Positions 25,043 to 38,285 of a stretch of 50,927 bases of DNA are shown here, one piece after another. The first letter of the stretch is position 1, and each line of letters begins with the position of its first letter. A program made the position numbers and the translations under genes. Source of the DNA: Girardia tigrina (lineage: Eukaryota). The notes under the pieces were generated by a model, which ran no database searches, was not told the DNA's origin, and was given only the letters and a program-made list of their open reading frames with translations. Location: NCBI GenBank assembly GCA_001938485.1, contig MQRK01224578.1, positions 52,130 through 103,056 on the forward strand, given 5' to 3'.

Positions 25043-25824
25043 CTATTTTGTCTTTTTTATAATTATTTCGATAATTAATAGAAAGAAGCATGAAAATACT
25101 TTCATATTGTCCGGCACCAAGAAAATATATTGTCAAATTTGATTTTATGATAATTGTTTAAATTATCATAATTTTTCATCAAATAAAATTTTCAAAAATA
25201 TTTTTTCTGTAAAAGATAGTGTTATAATCATAAATGAGTAAGTTCAAATTAAGCCCACAAAGTTTCGTATTTTATATTATTTCACTTAAAATTTATTTTT
25301 AATTAATATTTAAATATTACTACAATAATTATTAATAATAAATAATTGGTAATAAATAAAAATATAAAAATTAAATTAAATTGTCATTAATTAATTATTT
25401 ATTTTTATTAATTATTTTAAATTATACAAAAATAAAAATTTTCATCAGAACCGACAGAAATAATAGCTATCGCTAATGCCGGTTTAGCAAACGATGTCGA
25501 ACGACGCGAATTAAAATCACATTTATCGACATTAAATAACCAAATCAAAGATATCATCACTTCATGGTCGTCATTTGCAACAATCATCAATTGAGTCGGA
25601 TTATTTTTTATCAAATCGATTTTTTATGATTTTAACATCGGATTTTCCGTCCCGAGAGTCGGTGAACGCGTTCTGTTTCTATAGTGACAATCTCCCAGCC
25701 GATATCGAATCGGAAATCATCAATAATTACTATTGCAATTGTTTATTTCCACAACAGCTAGTTTCTTTTTAGTAGTGATTATTATAATTTATCTTCTTTT
25801 ACACCCTCTATTATCCAGTCACCA

Positions 25825-26685
25825 GATTCTAGTGTTTTTGTAATAAAGAGACTCTGGTGCATGTTTTGACCGAGTGTCCTTATAGTGTCGAGTTAAAAAA
25901 TGGACATAACGCTGTCTTGTATTTTTTGGCGGAACAAATTACACAGTACTTAGATTGTGAAATACATATTGAAGCTGTGTTTGCATATTTTCTGTCACAA
26001 GAACGGGTAAACCCAGGACAGAACGCTCTATATTTCATAAATGTCAAGTGTCCATATGACACGCAGAAACAACATGGAAAACAGCAATACTAAGACCTTG
26101 AATCACTACAAGTCCTTGGCTATTGCTTGAAGAAGGGCCATATAGAATATAATTGTACTGCTCTACAACCTCCAGGTAGGGCTTATCGGAATTTGGCTAA
26201 AGCGCAGAAGAAATATTCTGATTAGTCTAATTATCCGGCCAGAGACTTTTAGAAACACTGTCATGGCGTGCTCAATATCCAATGTTAAATATTCTTCGAC
26301 GCAATGGTTATTTCATAGAGATGAAAGATGCCCAGGGATCCGCAGACTAAACTGGATCGAGATACGTGAAGAAGAAACACCAATGGACTTCATACTGTAG
26401 ATGGATGAACCAGATGGAAGTCCTCGACGAGTTGCTCAATTAATGATCATACAGAGTTGATCAACTTGAAGAAGAGGACAATTACTTCTCCTCTGATGAG
26501 GAATCATCAGAGGATGAAGTATAAGGTATAGGACACTTAGGTAGCCAAAAATGAACATACAAATCAGTGGTGCCGGGGGAGGCCGCACTAAAAGAATCCC
26601 AGCCGTGCGGATTTATATAAGACTGACCGGGTACTTTTACCCACAGATAAAAAATGTATATTACCAACATAAATTATATTGAATA
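25825..26685 (+). mobile_element. 3' fragment of a non-LTR retrotransposon with a restriction-like endonuclease (R2/NeSL/CRE type)
   Basis: C..ETLVHVLTEC zinc knuckle, then HNAVL and YFINVKCPYD. Broken frames, with a 3' UTR ending near AATAAA. Confidence 0.65.
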
Positions 26686-26748
26686 AATTTTTAAAAGAAT
26701 GACATTTTTATAAAACAAAAGATATGTCATTTTAAAATATATTTTATC

Positions 26749-26790
26749 ATGATAATATATTTCGTCGATTTTACCGTCATCTTCAGATCA
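26749..26790 (-). ncRNA. Minimal hammerhead ribozyme (Penelope type), slightly degenerate
   Basis: TGAT-CTGAAGA-T-GACGG-TAAAA-TCGAC-GAAA-TATA-TT-ATCA. One mismatch in stem II. Confidence 0.6.
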
Positions 26791-26813
26791 CTGATTTTTA
26801 GCTTGTTTTATTG

Positions 26814-26846
<33 letters not shown>

Positions 26847-26852
<6 letters not shown>

Positions 26853-27808
26853 AAAATAATAGACGCCATTTTAAAAGTTTTTTATTTCCCAAAACATGTT
26901 TCGCCATTACGGCATCATCAGTTGTGAAGTAAATNNNNNNNNNNNNNNNNNNNNNNNNNNNNNNNNNNNNNNNNNNNNNNNNNNNNNNNNNNNNNNNNNN
27001 NNNNNNNNNNNNNNNNNNNNNNNNNNNNNNNNNNNNNNNNNNNNNNNNNNNNNNNNNNNNNNNNNNNNNNNNNNNNNNNNNNNNNNNNNNNNNNNNNNNN
27101 NNNNNNNNNNNNNNNNNNNNNNNNNNNNNNNNNNNNNNNNNNNNNNNNNNNNNNNNNNNNNNNNNNNNNNNNNNNNNNNNNNNNNNNNNNNNNNNNNNNN
27201 NNNNNNNNNNNNNNNNNNNNNNNNNNNNNNNNNNNNNNNNNNNNNNNNNNNNNNNNNNNNNNNNNNNNNNNNNNNNNNNNNNNNNNNNNNNNNNNNNNNN
27301 NNNNNNNNNNNNNNNNNNNNNNNNNNNNNNNNNNNNNNNNNNNNNNNNNNNNNNNNNNNNNNNNNNNNNNNNNNNNNNNNNNNNNNNNNNNNNNNNNNNN
27401 NNNNNNNNNNNNNNNNNNNNNNNNNNNNNNNNNNNNNNNNNNNNNNNNNNNNNNNNNNNNNNNNNNNNNNNNNNNNNNNNNNNNNNNNNNNNNNNNNNNN
27501 NNNNNNNNNNNNNNNNNNNNNNNNNNNNNNNNNNNNNNNNNNNNNNNNNNNNNNNNNNNNNNNNNNNNNNNNNNNNNNNNNNNNNNNNNNNNNNNNNNNN
27601 NNNNNNNNNNNNNNNNTTTATTGTACTTCGGATCACAGAAACTCATAGGATTATTGTATAAACCCGTGTCAGTACTCTTTCGAAATACTTCAGTTTCATA
27701 GCCCTTCGATTTTCTTTCAATTAATACATCCAAAATGAAATAAAAAACTTTTAAAATTGCGTCTATTATTTTTATTTTTTACAAATAAATTGCCATTAAA
27801 TCTTAATG

Positions 27809-27810
<2 letters not shown>
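26847..27810 (-). mobile_element. 5'-truncated Penelope-like element with inverted pseudo-LTR, set within (TA)n (centre is an assembly gap)
   Basis: RT C-terminus LDVLIERK...TEVFRKSTDTGLY (27617-27733). Inverted repeat 26847-26888 / 27737-27778. (TA)n on both sides. Confidence 0.8.
26889..26925 (-). ncRNA. Minimal hammerhead ribozyme (Penelope type)
   Basis: CAA-CTGATGA-T-GCC-GTAAT-GGC-GAAA-CATG-TT-TTG. Confidence 0.8.
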
Positions 27811-27847
<37 letters not shown>

Positions 27848-29063
27848 TGATGATTGAGCAATCTATTAAGTAAAATTAATCGGAAACTCTTAACAAGTTG
27901 GTTTAGAGTACCTTTTGAACATTAATTTTAGGGTCACGAGATCTTAACAAAGCTTTTCACGACACTCTTCAAATAAGTTTTAAAAGGCTTACATCGAATT
28001 TTGAAATAATTTATACTCAAATTATATTTACAAGTTGTCCTATGTTCAGTCATATTACTCTTACCCCCTCTATAAGCGTGTTCTTTGACTAGTTATATGA
28101 TATTATACCGTCGAAATATATTATCATGAAAAAATATATTTTGAAATGGAATATCTTTTGTTTTATAAATTATATTATTTAATTTTCTTCCCTGTAATAA
28201 AAGCGGGTTCATTGAATCATTATTATTCAGTGAACTCCTTATTATAATATTGATCGAAAACTCCCATATTTTCGAAATTATTAAAAAAAATAACAGAAAC
28301 AAATTTATAATTAAACCAAAACACAAAAAAGGACATTTAAACAACTTAAATGAAAATAATATAAAAAGACGAATGTCTAATACACGGATTAAGTTAACTT
28401 GTCCATAGGTTGACACTTTCAAACCGATTGGGATCGATAAACACATACACCCGAGAATTCTTATTTCATTTGAAATAAAATTCAAATTTTTTTTGGAAAA
28501 TTCATAACCGAAAAATTCAAAAATAATTTCAATCAATATTCTTTATTAAAATGAAAACTATTTTTAAAAACAATAGTGGGTAAAAGTGACATTTATTTCA
28601 CTTATTTGCGTTCAATATGAAAGTATTATCGAAACGAATAAAAATGATTTCAAATTGAATTTAAATAAAAAATGAATCGTTGTTTTATGAATACGTTTTT
28701 TCAAAAAAAAATAAGAAAATTAAAATAACAATATGATAAAATTTCAATTACGATTTGAATAAATCAACTTACATCGATAATTCATAGATTTTAAAACATC
28801 TCGACTGGATTTTATATGTTAAGCAATTTATTTAAACAAATGTGTGAAAATTGTTTTCATTTGCATAAAGAATATTAATTTATATTATTTTTGATTTTTT
28901 TTCGTTGTGAATTTTATGAAAAATAAATTTCAATTTAAGTTAAATGAAATGAGAATTTTTTTATTAATAATTAAAGAAAACAGAATGTAGTTTTAAATCG
29001 AAATTTTCAAAATTTGTGGTATGATTAATATAAAATGTGTGGAATTTAATTTAATACAAAGAC

Positions 29064-29600
29064 TTAGTTGTAAAAAATAAAGTTAATAAAAAATAATAAA
29101 GTATAGATTATATTGACATATGTCAATTGTTGTTCAATATAAAGAGATACTGTTTGTTGAAATAGACTAGATTTAGAAATGTTACTGCTAAAATCAAAAT
29201 TATTTAGTCTGTATTCTGTTATTAATAAGTTTCCATTAACTATTTCGGGTAACTGTGTATACAAAGTAAACTATGATAATCAGCATTGGCACTCAGGGTA
29301 GTAAATCATGGGCTTTGTAATGAGTGCAAACTTAAAAATACAACTTTGATCATCTGACACGGATTCGGATACGAGAAGTGACAGCCTTCAGTGTACGAGC
29401 ACGTTTCGGTTTGTCTCTAAGAACTGACATATTATGATCCATATAACAGTGGTTTTGAAAGGCTTTCGTTGAATAGGCGCACTTATTTCAATGGTGGAAG
29501 GACAAGTTGAATAATCTTCTATCCGTTTGCATTATCCAGCCGTGTGCCAAATTCCTGTTTGTGACTATATTTTGATTACTCTTATCAATAATTCCGATAG
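29064..29600 (-). pseudogene. Possible 3' part of a surface/membrane protein gene, either broken or with unresolved tiny introns
   Basis: GC-elevated segment ending in a hydrophobic C-terminal tail (YVNIIYTLLFFINFIFYN*). Upstream frames are interrupted. Confidence 0.25.
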
Positions 29601-29949
29601 ACAATGGAAAATTAGTTTAAAATCATAAAAATAAAAATATTCGTAAAATAACATGAATTAATTACTTTTGAAAGTATAACATTATAGTTCGAGTTTTTTG
29701 TGACATTCTTATTACAAAAGTTATTATTATTCTTTTATTTATGACTATTTTTGATTAAGTAGAAATAAATTTGTCAAAGAGTTTCGGAAAAACAACAAAT
29801 TTATCAAAAGTTTAGCCATAGCCATACCACGGTTTGATCAAACCTAGCCATACCAATGGGTGATTTTTCAAATCACCTCAAAATCCCTCAAACTAAAAAA
29901 AAATTTTCAAAGCTAGTCACTACCAAATTTTATTTTTTCATGAATTACA

Positions 29950-30505
29950 AGTTTCCATTAAAGAACACAAGTGTTGCACACTACTCCAAGTACAGTAGAA
30001 TGCTTTCCACAGACTAGATCAGAACCATCTTTCGTAGGATTACAGTTTCTTGGAGTTTGCCTTCTTTCTTACATATTGAGCATCGACGTTTCTGTGGTGG
30101 ATCACCTACCGGTACGTGTGGTGCTTCTGTAGGACGAACTTACTTCTTCAAAATTAGTACAAGGGGCTTTTGCAAGACTTTCTTGTCTTTCAGTCTTATT
30201 TCCATAGACTCTCTGGCCAGTTCAGTCGACAGAGACTTCAAGAGCAATCGTATTTTCTCTTTGATTCTTACTTCAGTCCAATCAGAATGACATACATTGT
30301 AAATGGTGTCGGTATTTATCGTACCTACATCCAGCAGAATATGGAAATATTCCATTGGCCAACGATTTGTTGTGCATCTGGTGGTATATTATTACCACAT
30401 CTGATCGAAAAAACTACGCCAGCCTTTGTTTGATTTTACTCCAAGATAATGTCCGGTGTTTTTTTTCTTCTGCACCGGCGACCTGTTTATCATAATGTTT
30501 TGTTG
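29950..30505 (-). pseudogene. piggyBac transposase C-terminal fragment
   Basis: KTPDII...NQTKAGV..FDQM...TTNRWPMEYFHILLDVGTIN, followed by the Cys-rich KRRCSIC domain. Confidence 0.8.
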
Positions 30506-30509
30506 AAAG

Positions 30510-31999
30510 CATATGGATCACTTTCTTTGGCTATGACGTATATGCGCACATGCTAGCCTTTCTTTCGGGACCACCAAAGACGTGACTAAGATCTGGAGTA
30601 AAATCAACAGAAACAGAAAAATATTTTTGTTCCATAATTTCTTTTGCAATAATTTTTGCAATTTATCACCCATAAGCTGGATAAATTCTTCGCATATTGT
30701 GGATGACAAGTACGATGCTCTGCCTTTTCCCTGGTTGCCGTATTTATCAATATGGTTACTTAATTATAGATCAAACTGACTTAATAGTTGAAGAACTCCT
30801 AAATAATTACCATTTTGAGAAGAATTTATCAACTCATCATTTCCCCGAAATGGCAATCCTCGTTCTGCTAAAAACTTTATGACTGCAACAATTCTTTTTA
30901 GAATATTACGCCAATAATTCTCTCCTTTTGTAATTTGACCGTCTATTGTACCAGCATATTGTTATCTTCTAGCCAAAGTTAACATGGCATCTCTATGACA
31001 TTGACTATTTTCATGCTGAGAAATGCATGCTGTTGAATGATTCAAGTCGCTAAATCCATTGTCAGAAGCAAATGCAGAATTTGAATTTGACTTGAATAGT
31101 CGACAATCAAAGCACCAGATACATGTTTTCTGTGTAAATGACATCGTGAAAACTTTCGCTTTCTACCATCGGGATAAATTCTTTCCGAAGCTTCGAAATT
31201 ATCATCATAATGTTGGCAATCATTTGAACCTTTTCTAAGCCAAAATTCACGAATATTATCAGAAATGTTAGTCCACAATGCACAGTCATTACTAAATTCA
31301 ACCTTTGTAAAGTCATGAACATCCTGTGAAGATTCTTCAATATTCAAATATGTGTTTTGATTTTCAACCTCATTCGCTTCAGCCACTTGACTAACTTGAG
31401 GATAAATTACATGAATTTCACCCCTATTGTCTTTTTCATGAATTCCTTCAGAGTTAAATAACATTTCAGCTTCTTCGGAAGCTACGTTTAATTTTGGAGA
31501 ATCTGAACAAAGCATGTCAGTTACTATGACGCTCATATCCGATTCCGACTGATAGTTAACAATGTTCGTTGTTACAGTAAATCCCAATTTAAACAAATTC
31601 ATGTTCTGATTGTTAACTAATTCTTTTTCTTTCTGTTCAACTTTTCGCTTACATTTCAGCGCTCCACTTAGATAAACACGCTTGTCTGATATTTTTTATT
31701 TCCGATTGATCGATTATCGATAAATATTTTTAAATAAATTTTAGTAATATTAATTTGATTTATCTATTTAATTTAAAAAATAAATTTCTCTTGCTAATAA
31801 GAACTAGTGATGATGTCATGACGTGACGTATTTATTTTTTAAATAAAAAACATACTACGGAGTCAGATAGGGGAAAATCAGAAATACGAGTTTTATTTTT
31901 TAATTTTTTTTACATTTTTGGGACTGGATCCAGCGGGCCCCATAAAATCTCGGGGCCCTATGCTAACGTACAGTTGACACAATGGATAATTCGGCCCTG
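30510..31999 (-). mobile_element. 5' half of a hAT element (Tip100/ZMYM1-like, TTF zinc finger)
   Basis: Left end CAGGGCCGAATT at 31999. N-terminus KRVYLSGALKCKRK. TTF-like WCFDCRLF...GFSD...HENSQCH, then GKGRASYLSSTICEEFI. Confidence 0.8.
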
Positions 32000-34742
32000 G
32001 ATCGTTTAATGTGTTTGTGTTGATTATCGGGTACCGCGTTCAACTTGAAATTGAAATTCGGCGGACAAATAAAACGGTTCATTGTTTTAATGAGAATATA
32101 TCAATTAAACTCGATCGATAAGAGCAAATTAAAAAAAATCTAACGAAAATGATTTATTAAAACAAAACCATTATGTTTTTCTATCAAACAAATCTTTCAT
32201 TTAATAAGGGATTTTTTACACAGATCAGAAATTCTAACAGAGAAAAATATATACAATACCAATTTTTGAATTTAAATAATTTGTTATTTTCATTACGGAT
32301 ATGTTAAATTTTTCGTTTTTGAGATTTTCTTAGAGTGGTAATTTGAAACTTTTTTTCTTTATTTATGTGAGTAGAAATGTGGTGGTACACGATGCAAATA
32401 TTCTTAAAAGTCTCACTCATCAAATCAAGGAGACGCCCCTTGTCCTGAATAAACTCACAATTGGCCATTTGAGATTTACAGATATCTTCGCTGTATGTAT
32501 TCTATCCTAATGAGAAAAGGGTAAGTAAATCATGTTACTCCTGGTGTTTATAAAAATTAGCAAAAACACAAATGATTTTATAAAATTATTTTTTAATGTG
32601 CAGGTTAATTACAATCGAGATAAAACGTTAACTGTTATTTGGCCCCTTGCCGATTTTATAATCACTGAGAATCTTAGCACCTACTCGGCCCTTTTTGTTT
32701 AAATAAATCGAATCTCTGATTAGCTTAATTTAATTTAATTTCGCTCGACTTCATCGTACTTAACTATTTGACTGTCACATCTTTCAAAATACACCATACC
32801 GGAGCAAAAGAGAGACTTCTTACTCACTTCTCTTTGTACCCACAATTGGAGCAGTACCAAAGTCGAGAGATATTAATAACAAATTAATGAGAAAAATAAT
32901 TTTTCTTTAAAATTTCTCAATTACTAGTAGAAAAAAATTTCGGAAAAACATGAAAAATATATCAATAAAAGCTTAGAAGTTAAAAAAAATCAGAAAACAT
33001 CTGTGGATTATTGGCAAATTTAAGTTCGTTTTCTAATTCATCTAACGGCTCGTTTGAGGACGAATTTCAGTTCTCACCACACCGTATTAGCCGAATCCCC
33101 AAACAATATTTTAAAGAATAACATTTGTATTTCAAAAAATAAAAATTGTATTGAAAAAAATAGCAAATTTATTTAGGTATTTCTTTTTGTATTTGATTTT
33201 TTCTATTAAAAAAAATAAATGATAATTTATTAATTATTACAATTTTTAATCAAGCATCTAAATAAATTCGTACTTAGACACACTGCAATATACTGTACAC
33301 AATACTAGCTTCAGTCAAATTATGTTTCGGAATTTAAATTAAAATTATTATATTTTTATCTTTACTCCTGTCCAATGTCAATTTTAATTTGGATAAAAAT
33401 TGCTACTTTGTTATGGCTGAATTATTGGGCATTTTATTGATGATTTATAAATATGTAAATACCAAAGAAAGCAAAATTAAATAATTTAATTAATTTATTG
33501 TAAAAGAATTACAAAAATTTAATTTAAAGTAATAATTGAACTTTGTTCAATAATAAGTTATTTCTTTGATTCCTTAAGAGTCTTAATAACAGATCAGTTC
33601 AGGGCCGGTGTGTCATGTTGAGAGTCAATAATCGGCCGATTGCTGAGTAATTGAAATGGCTCACTTAGATTAGTTAATCATGTGACTCATTTTCATTTTA
33701 ACTGGACATTATGTGTGCCAGAGTGAAAATCGAAATTAAAAGAAATGAATGTTTACTTTTTACTTTCACAATGACATTGTTTCTATATTCGATGGGCAAT
33801 TTTTCATTATGATTCTCAGCTTTTTGTTTTCGATTAGGCTGATGTAATTTATGGATTTATGAATAAAAATTTATCGATAGAGGATTTTGTTAATGTCAAT
33901 TTATGAAATCTTTTTGGTGATTTTGCTGAATCATAAAAGTCGAACAAAGATTGAATTTTATTTTGAACTTTGTCGAATTTTTAGAAAATTGAAAATGAGA
34001 TGATTGATGATTTAAGTCTTTTAAGTTATAAGTCGAAAGTGATAGTGGAAAAATTTTAAATATATCGAAAAGAACTAGCGGTTTTTGTTTAAATGCTTTT
34101 AATTATTCTCCACTTTCATCGATCTTAAATGAACTGTTTAATAATGATCCAAATTTACTGTATATAATCAATGATAACGATGATAAGATTTTTTCAACGG
34201 TTACAAAAGCCCTGTTCGATTTTTTTATCATTATATGGGTCAAGCACACTGAGAGCGAGCAACCTTTATAAAATCTGGCACCGTCTGCTACCACCTGGGG
34301 ATCGAACGGATTATACCTATTTTTCTTTCTGTTATTGTTTTTTAAGCTTTTTAATATAATTTTTTGTAACGTTAATTCAATTTTTATGAATTATGTTTGT
34401 TTAAAGGCGAGTTCATAGATTAACAAACACATCTTTTAATCCTTTAACTCGTTTTTAACAAATACAATTATAAATCTTAGAAATAAAATTTTTACAAATT
34501 TTTATTTACGAATTTAAAATACAATTGCTATTTTTTGAAATAGAAGTTAAAATTGTGTAATTAATTTTTCTAAAATTTACCTAAATTAAATCATTTTATG
34601 TTGTCTCTTTTTCCTATCTCCGACGAAATCCGAAAGAAAATTGAATAACGATTCAAAAAACAATCCAACAAAAAAATAAACATTTATTAGAAAATCAAAA
34701 TTTGTTTAAATATTCACAATTCACCGAGCGGTCTATTCGAGT

Positions 34743-35285
34743 ATGCCCAGGCAAAACAACAACATCACCGTCTATCGGAAACGGAAGTTCGTCATTCAAA
34801 AACTCAAATCGGCTCTGCCTCTACCGAGTGAAACACTCAAGCTCTTCCAATTGGGCAAATCGGTCGGATCAAACGTGTACCAGGCGTTCTTCCCGGACAA
34901 GCGCGACACGCTGTTGTCAATGCCCACCAAGTTTCGCGACACGATCTACGTGAGTGCTGGCATGTTCGTGCTGGCCGAGCACATCGCCGAGAACGACAAA
35001 GTTTGGGGAGAGATCACGTTCGTTCTGATGCCGGAACACATTGATCACATCCGCGCAAGCGATCTCTGGCCGCGGGAGTTCTCCGAGGAATCCATGGAGA
35101 CTACGAAGACGAGCAGCGACCGGTACCTGAGCGAAGACTTGCTGCCGCCGAGCGACGATGAAGAAGAAGATGATGAAGAAGAAGACGAAGAAGAAGAAGG
35201 AGAAGAAGAAATAGAAGAAGGAGAGAGAGAAAGAGAAGAAAGAAAAGGGGAAGAACGATATGAGGGAGAGAGCGATCTGTGCTGA
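34743..35285 (+). CDS. EIF1AD: eIF1A-domain RNA-binding protein (EIF1AD-like), single exon
   Basis: KRKFV...LP, GSNVYQ, LLSMPTKFR..I.V..G.FVL, KVWGEITFVL..EHI..I....LWP.EF and an acidic tail match the EIF1AD family. Confidence 0.88.
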   Translation: MPRQNNNITVYRKRKFVIQKLKSALPLPSETLKLFQLGKSVGSNVYQAFFPDKRDTLLSMPTKFRDTIYVSAGMFVLAEHIAENDKVWGEITFVLMPEHIDHIRASDLWPREFSEESMETTKTSSDRYLSEDLLPPSDDEEEDDEEEDEEEEGEEEIEEGEREREERKGEERYEGESDLC

Positions 35286-35471
35286 GATTATAAAGAGCTG
35301 GAAGCAGAATAAAGAAGGTCAACCAGTGATCTGGAAAATTATGATTGGATAAGAAATTCTGCAGGGATTCTTTTGTGATTATGTAAAATATAATTTGCGA
35401 TTGTTTTTTTCCTTTCTTTATGTTAGCTGCTTGTTATATTTATGTTTTATGCCGAATTCGCGAACTATTTG

Positions 35472-37040
35472 ACAAATTTACATTTTAGTATGAAAATTAA
35501 AAGTTAAAAAAATATAAATTAAATTTGAAAATATCTCAAATTATTGTGCCAAATAGACTCCAAATGTAAACAAATTTACATTAGTATGAAAATTAAAAGT
35601 TAAAAAATATAAATTAAATTTGAAAATATCTCAAATTATTGTGCCAAATTGACTCCAAATGTAAAATTTTTATTCAGTTTTTACAATTTGGTTGCAAACT
35701 GAATTGCAATAGTATGTTTTCATATTTAAAGCAGAATTTTCATAAATAAATACATATTTTAATTAATATTTTTTTCATTAAATGTTAATGTTAATTTCAT
35801 AATTGAAATAAAAAAATGGGTATAGTACCGTGCGGGCCCGAGCAAATATAAAAAATATCAGTATTCCAAGAAAAATAAATTAAAAATTTTTAAGTAACCT
35901 AATTGCCATGGAAAACACCTATATTGATTACATAATTACTAGCTTCTAAATTTCCAATTATTTAATATTTTTTCTTATTTTGCATAGAAAAATAAATTGA
36001 AAATAATTTTAAAAAACAGAAAATTTAAAAAAAAATATTCATTTAAATATAAAAAATTAAAAAAAATATAATGAGTATGAAATCAAATTATTAATTATTT
36101 ATTTAATTCTGAAATCGTGGTACAAATATTTCCAATATTAAGTCGAATAATTTCTAAAATAAATCAGTGAAACCAATGATTGCGCAACCAATACATATAT
36201 TTTCCTTTGAGATTTTATATAAAACATTTTACTTTGACTTAAAAAAAAATATATAAATGTTTAAATTATTTTTCCTGGAATGTTGATAATTTTTTATACA
36301 AATGTTAAAGTTTGGAGAAAATTAATTTAGTAAAAGGCCTTCAAAAATAGGTTTCTAAATTCATAAATTCGGCAATAGATTGCTAAAATGGTGCAATTGC
36401 CGAATTCACTGACTATATGAAAAGGTATCAATTTAATGTGAACAAAATCTCACATTAATAAGCAAAATAGACTCCAAATGTAAACAAATTTACATTAGTA
36501 TGAAAATTAAAAGTTAAAAAATATAAATTAAATTTGAAAATATCTCAAATTATTGTGCCAAATTGACTCCAAATGTAAAATTTNNNNNNNNNNNNNNNNN
36601 NNNNNNNNNNNNNNNNNNNNNNNNNNNNNNNNNACAAATATTTCCAATATTAAGTCGAATAATTTCTAAAATAAATCAGTGAAACCAATGATTGCGCAAC
36701 CAATACATATATTTTCCTTTGAGATTTTATATAAAACATTTTACTTTGACTTTAAAAAAAAATTATATAAATTTTTAAATTATTTTTCCTGGAATGTTGA
36801 TAATTTTTTTATACAAATGTTAAAGTTTGGAGAAAATTAATTGAGTAAAAGGCCTTCAAAAATAGGTTTCTAAATTCATAAATTCGGCAACAGTTTGCTA
36901 AAATGGTGCAATTCATGAACTAGTCAAATTTTACGAATTCACTGACTATATGAAAAATTATTAATTTAATATGAAAAAGTATCAATTTAATGTGAACAAA
37001 ATCTCACATTAATAAGCAAAATAGACTCCAAATGTAAAAT
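35472..37040. repeat. Local tandem duplications around an assembly gap
   Basis: A ~100-bp unit occurs twice at 35472-35665 and again at about 36480-36583. About 350 bp at 36122-36480 recurs at 36634-37040. Confidence 0.8.
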
Positions 37041-38285
37041 TTTTAGTCATAATTAGGTTATACTACAGTACGTACAATTAATTTTCTCCAAACTTTAACA
37101 TTTATTCAATTTCGATGACAATGAATGATAATGTGAAAATTTGATTAAATTAATAAATCAAATTTTTTGTCAAAAAAATGTTTTACGATTATCCGCAAAT
37201 GTTTAAACTGTTAAATAGAAATGTTTTGTTTTTTCATTCCATGCTTTATAATAAATTTATTATTTTATTAGTAACTATTTATTTGCAAATGGAGTTGTAA
37301 AAATTTTTGGTATGAAATTTTCCATTCTGAAAAAGATATAAATATAACTAATAAGCTATTAAATTAATTTATTGTAAAACTAGTATATCAAAAAAATTTT
37401 TCATCAATTCTTTATGTGGACAGAACACTACTTGACCAACAGAATTCTTAGTTATCTTTTGTAGAAGGGAAAATTTGCATTAAATTTTTAAATAAATTTA
37501 TTGTTATTAGCAATAAATTTATTAGAAAATTTTGATTTACTAGTTTACAATAAATTAATTAATTTAATTACTTTTTCATTTAAAACTGTGACAACTTCAT
37601 TTTTTAATTTGAATTTATGAAATTCTATTTTTTGTATGATAAGTTTTTAAAAAATTTTTAATCTTTTATTTTTTAAAATTTTTATCTGTTTTTTTTGTTT
37701 GCTTATTTCGCAGATCTTTATCATTTATACTTATTTCAAAATATTTTGTAGTAAGTTTGTATTGCCTGCTTTAGTTTGATTGATTTATAATTAAATATAA
37801 TGAATGTGAACGATGCGTGTTGATACATCCAAATGCGGTCCAATGGAGTAAAGGCGAATTGTGAATTTCAAAAAATTTGGAACGCGTTACATGTGATATT
37901 AAGGCGCTATTTATTTTACGTCCGTTGTATTTTACAATGTGTTTTTTGCTTTTTTGAATTGTAAGTGTTATTGATGAGTTAGTTTAAATTTACTCTTCGC
38001 CAAAATAGTTTATTATATTTTTAATTTGAAAGTTTTAAAAAGTTAAATAAATACAAAAAGTTTTAAAATTAAAAAGATATTATAAAGAAAAAAACATTTC
38101 TTATCATCTTTATGATGATCAATAGTATTGCTTTCACTTAGATCCATCAATAAATTTTCAATATCTCCCATCATAATCTAAACTATACTTGAGAAGACCA
38201 CTTTATTTAAAAATATTTAATTTAAATTTTAATGGCTGAAATAAAATAGTTTTATAGTCATTTTTAAACATTAATTTGATTTTAA

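Noticed and set aside
26483-26521. Strong hairpin containing CTGATGA
   Set aside because: It lacks the GAAA core, and is explained by complementary Ser and Asp/Glu codons (SSDEESSEDE).
26815-27733. Long ORFs of 236-282 aa here and at 44793-45641
   Set aside because: They are artefacts of translating N-gaps.
28093-28536. 147-aa ORF rich in I/F/N/K, and similar ORFs at 1591-1899 and 39252-39533
   Set aside because: The composition reflects AT-rich DNA, with no motifs. The last lies inside a repeat element.
35472-37040. Functional tandem repeat locus
   Set aside because: Near-identical copies flank an N-gap, so unmerged haplotypes or contig overlap is more likely.
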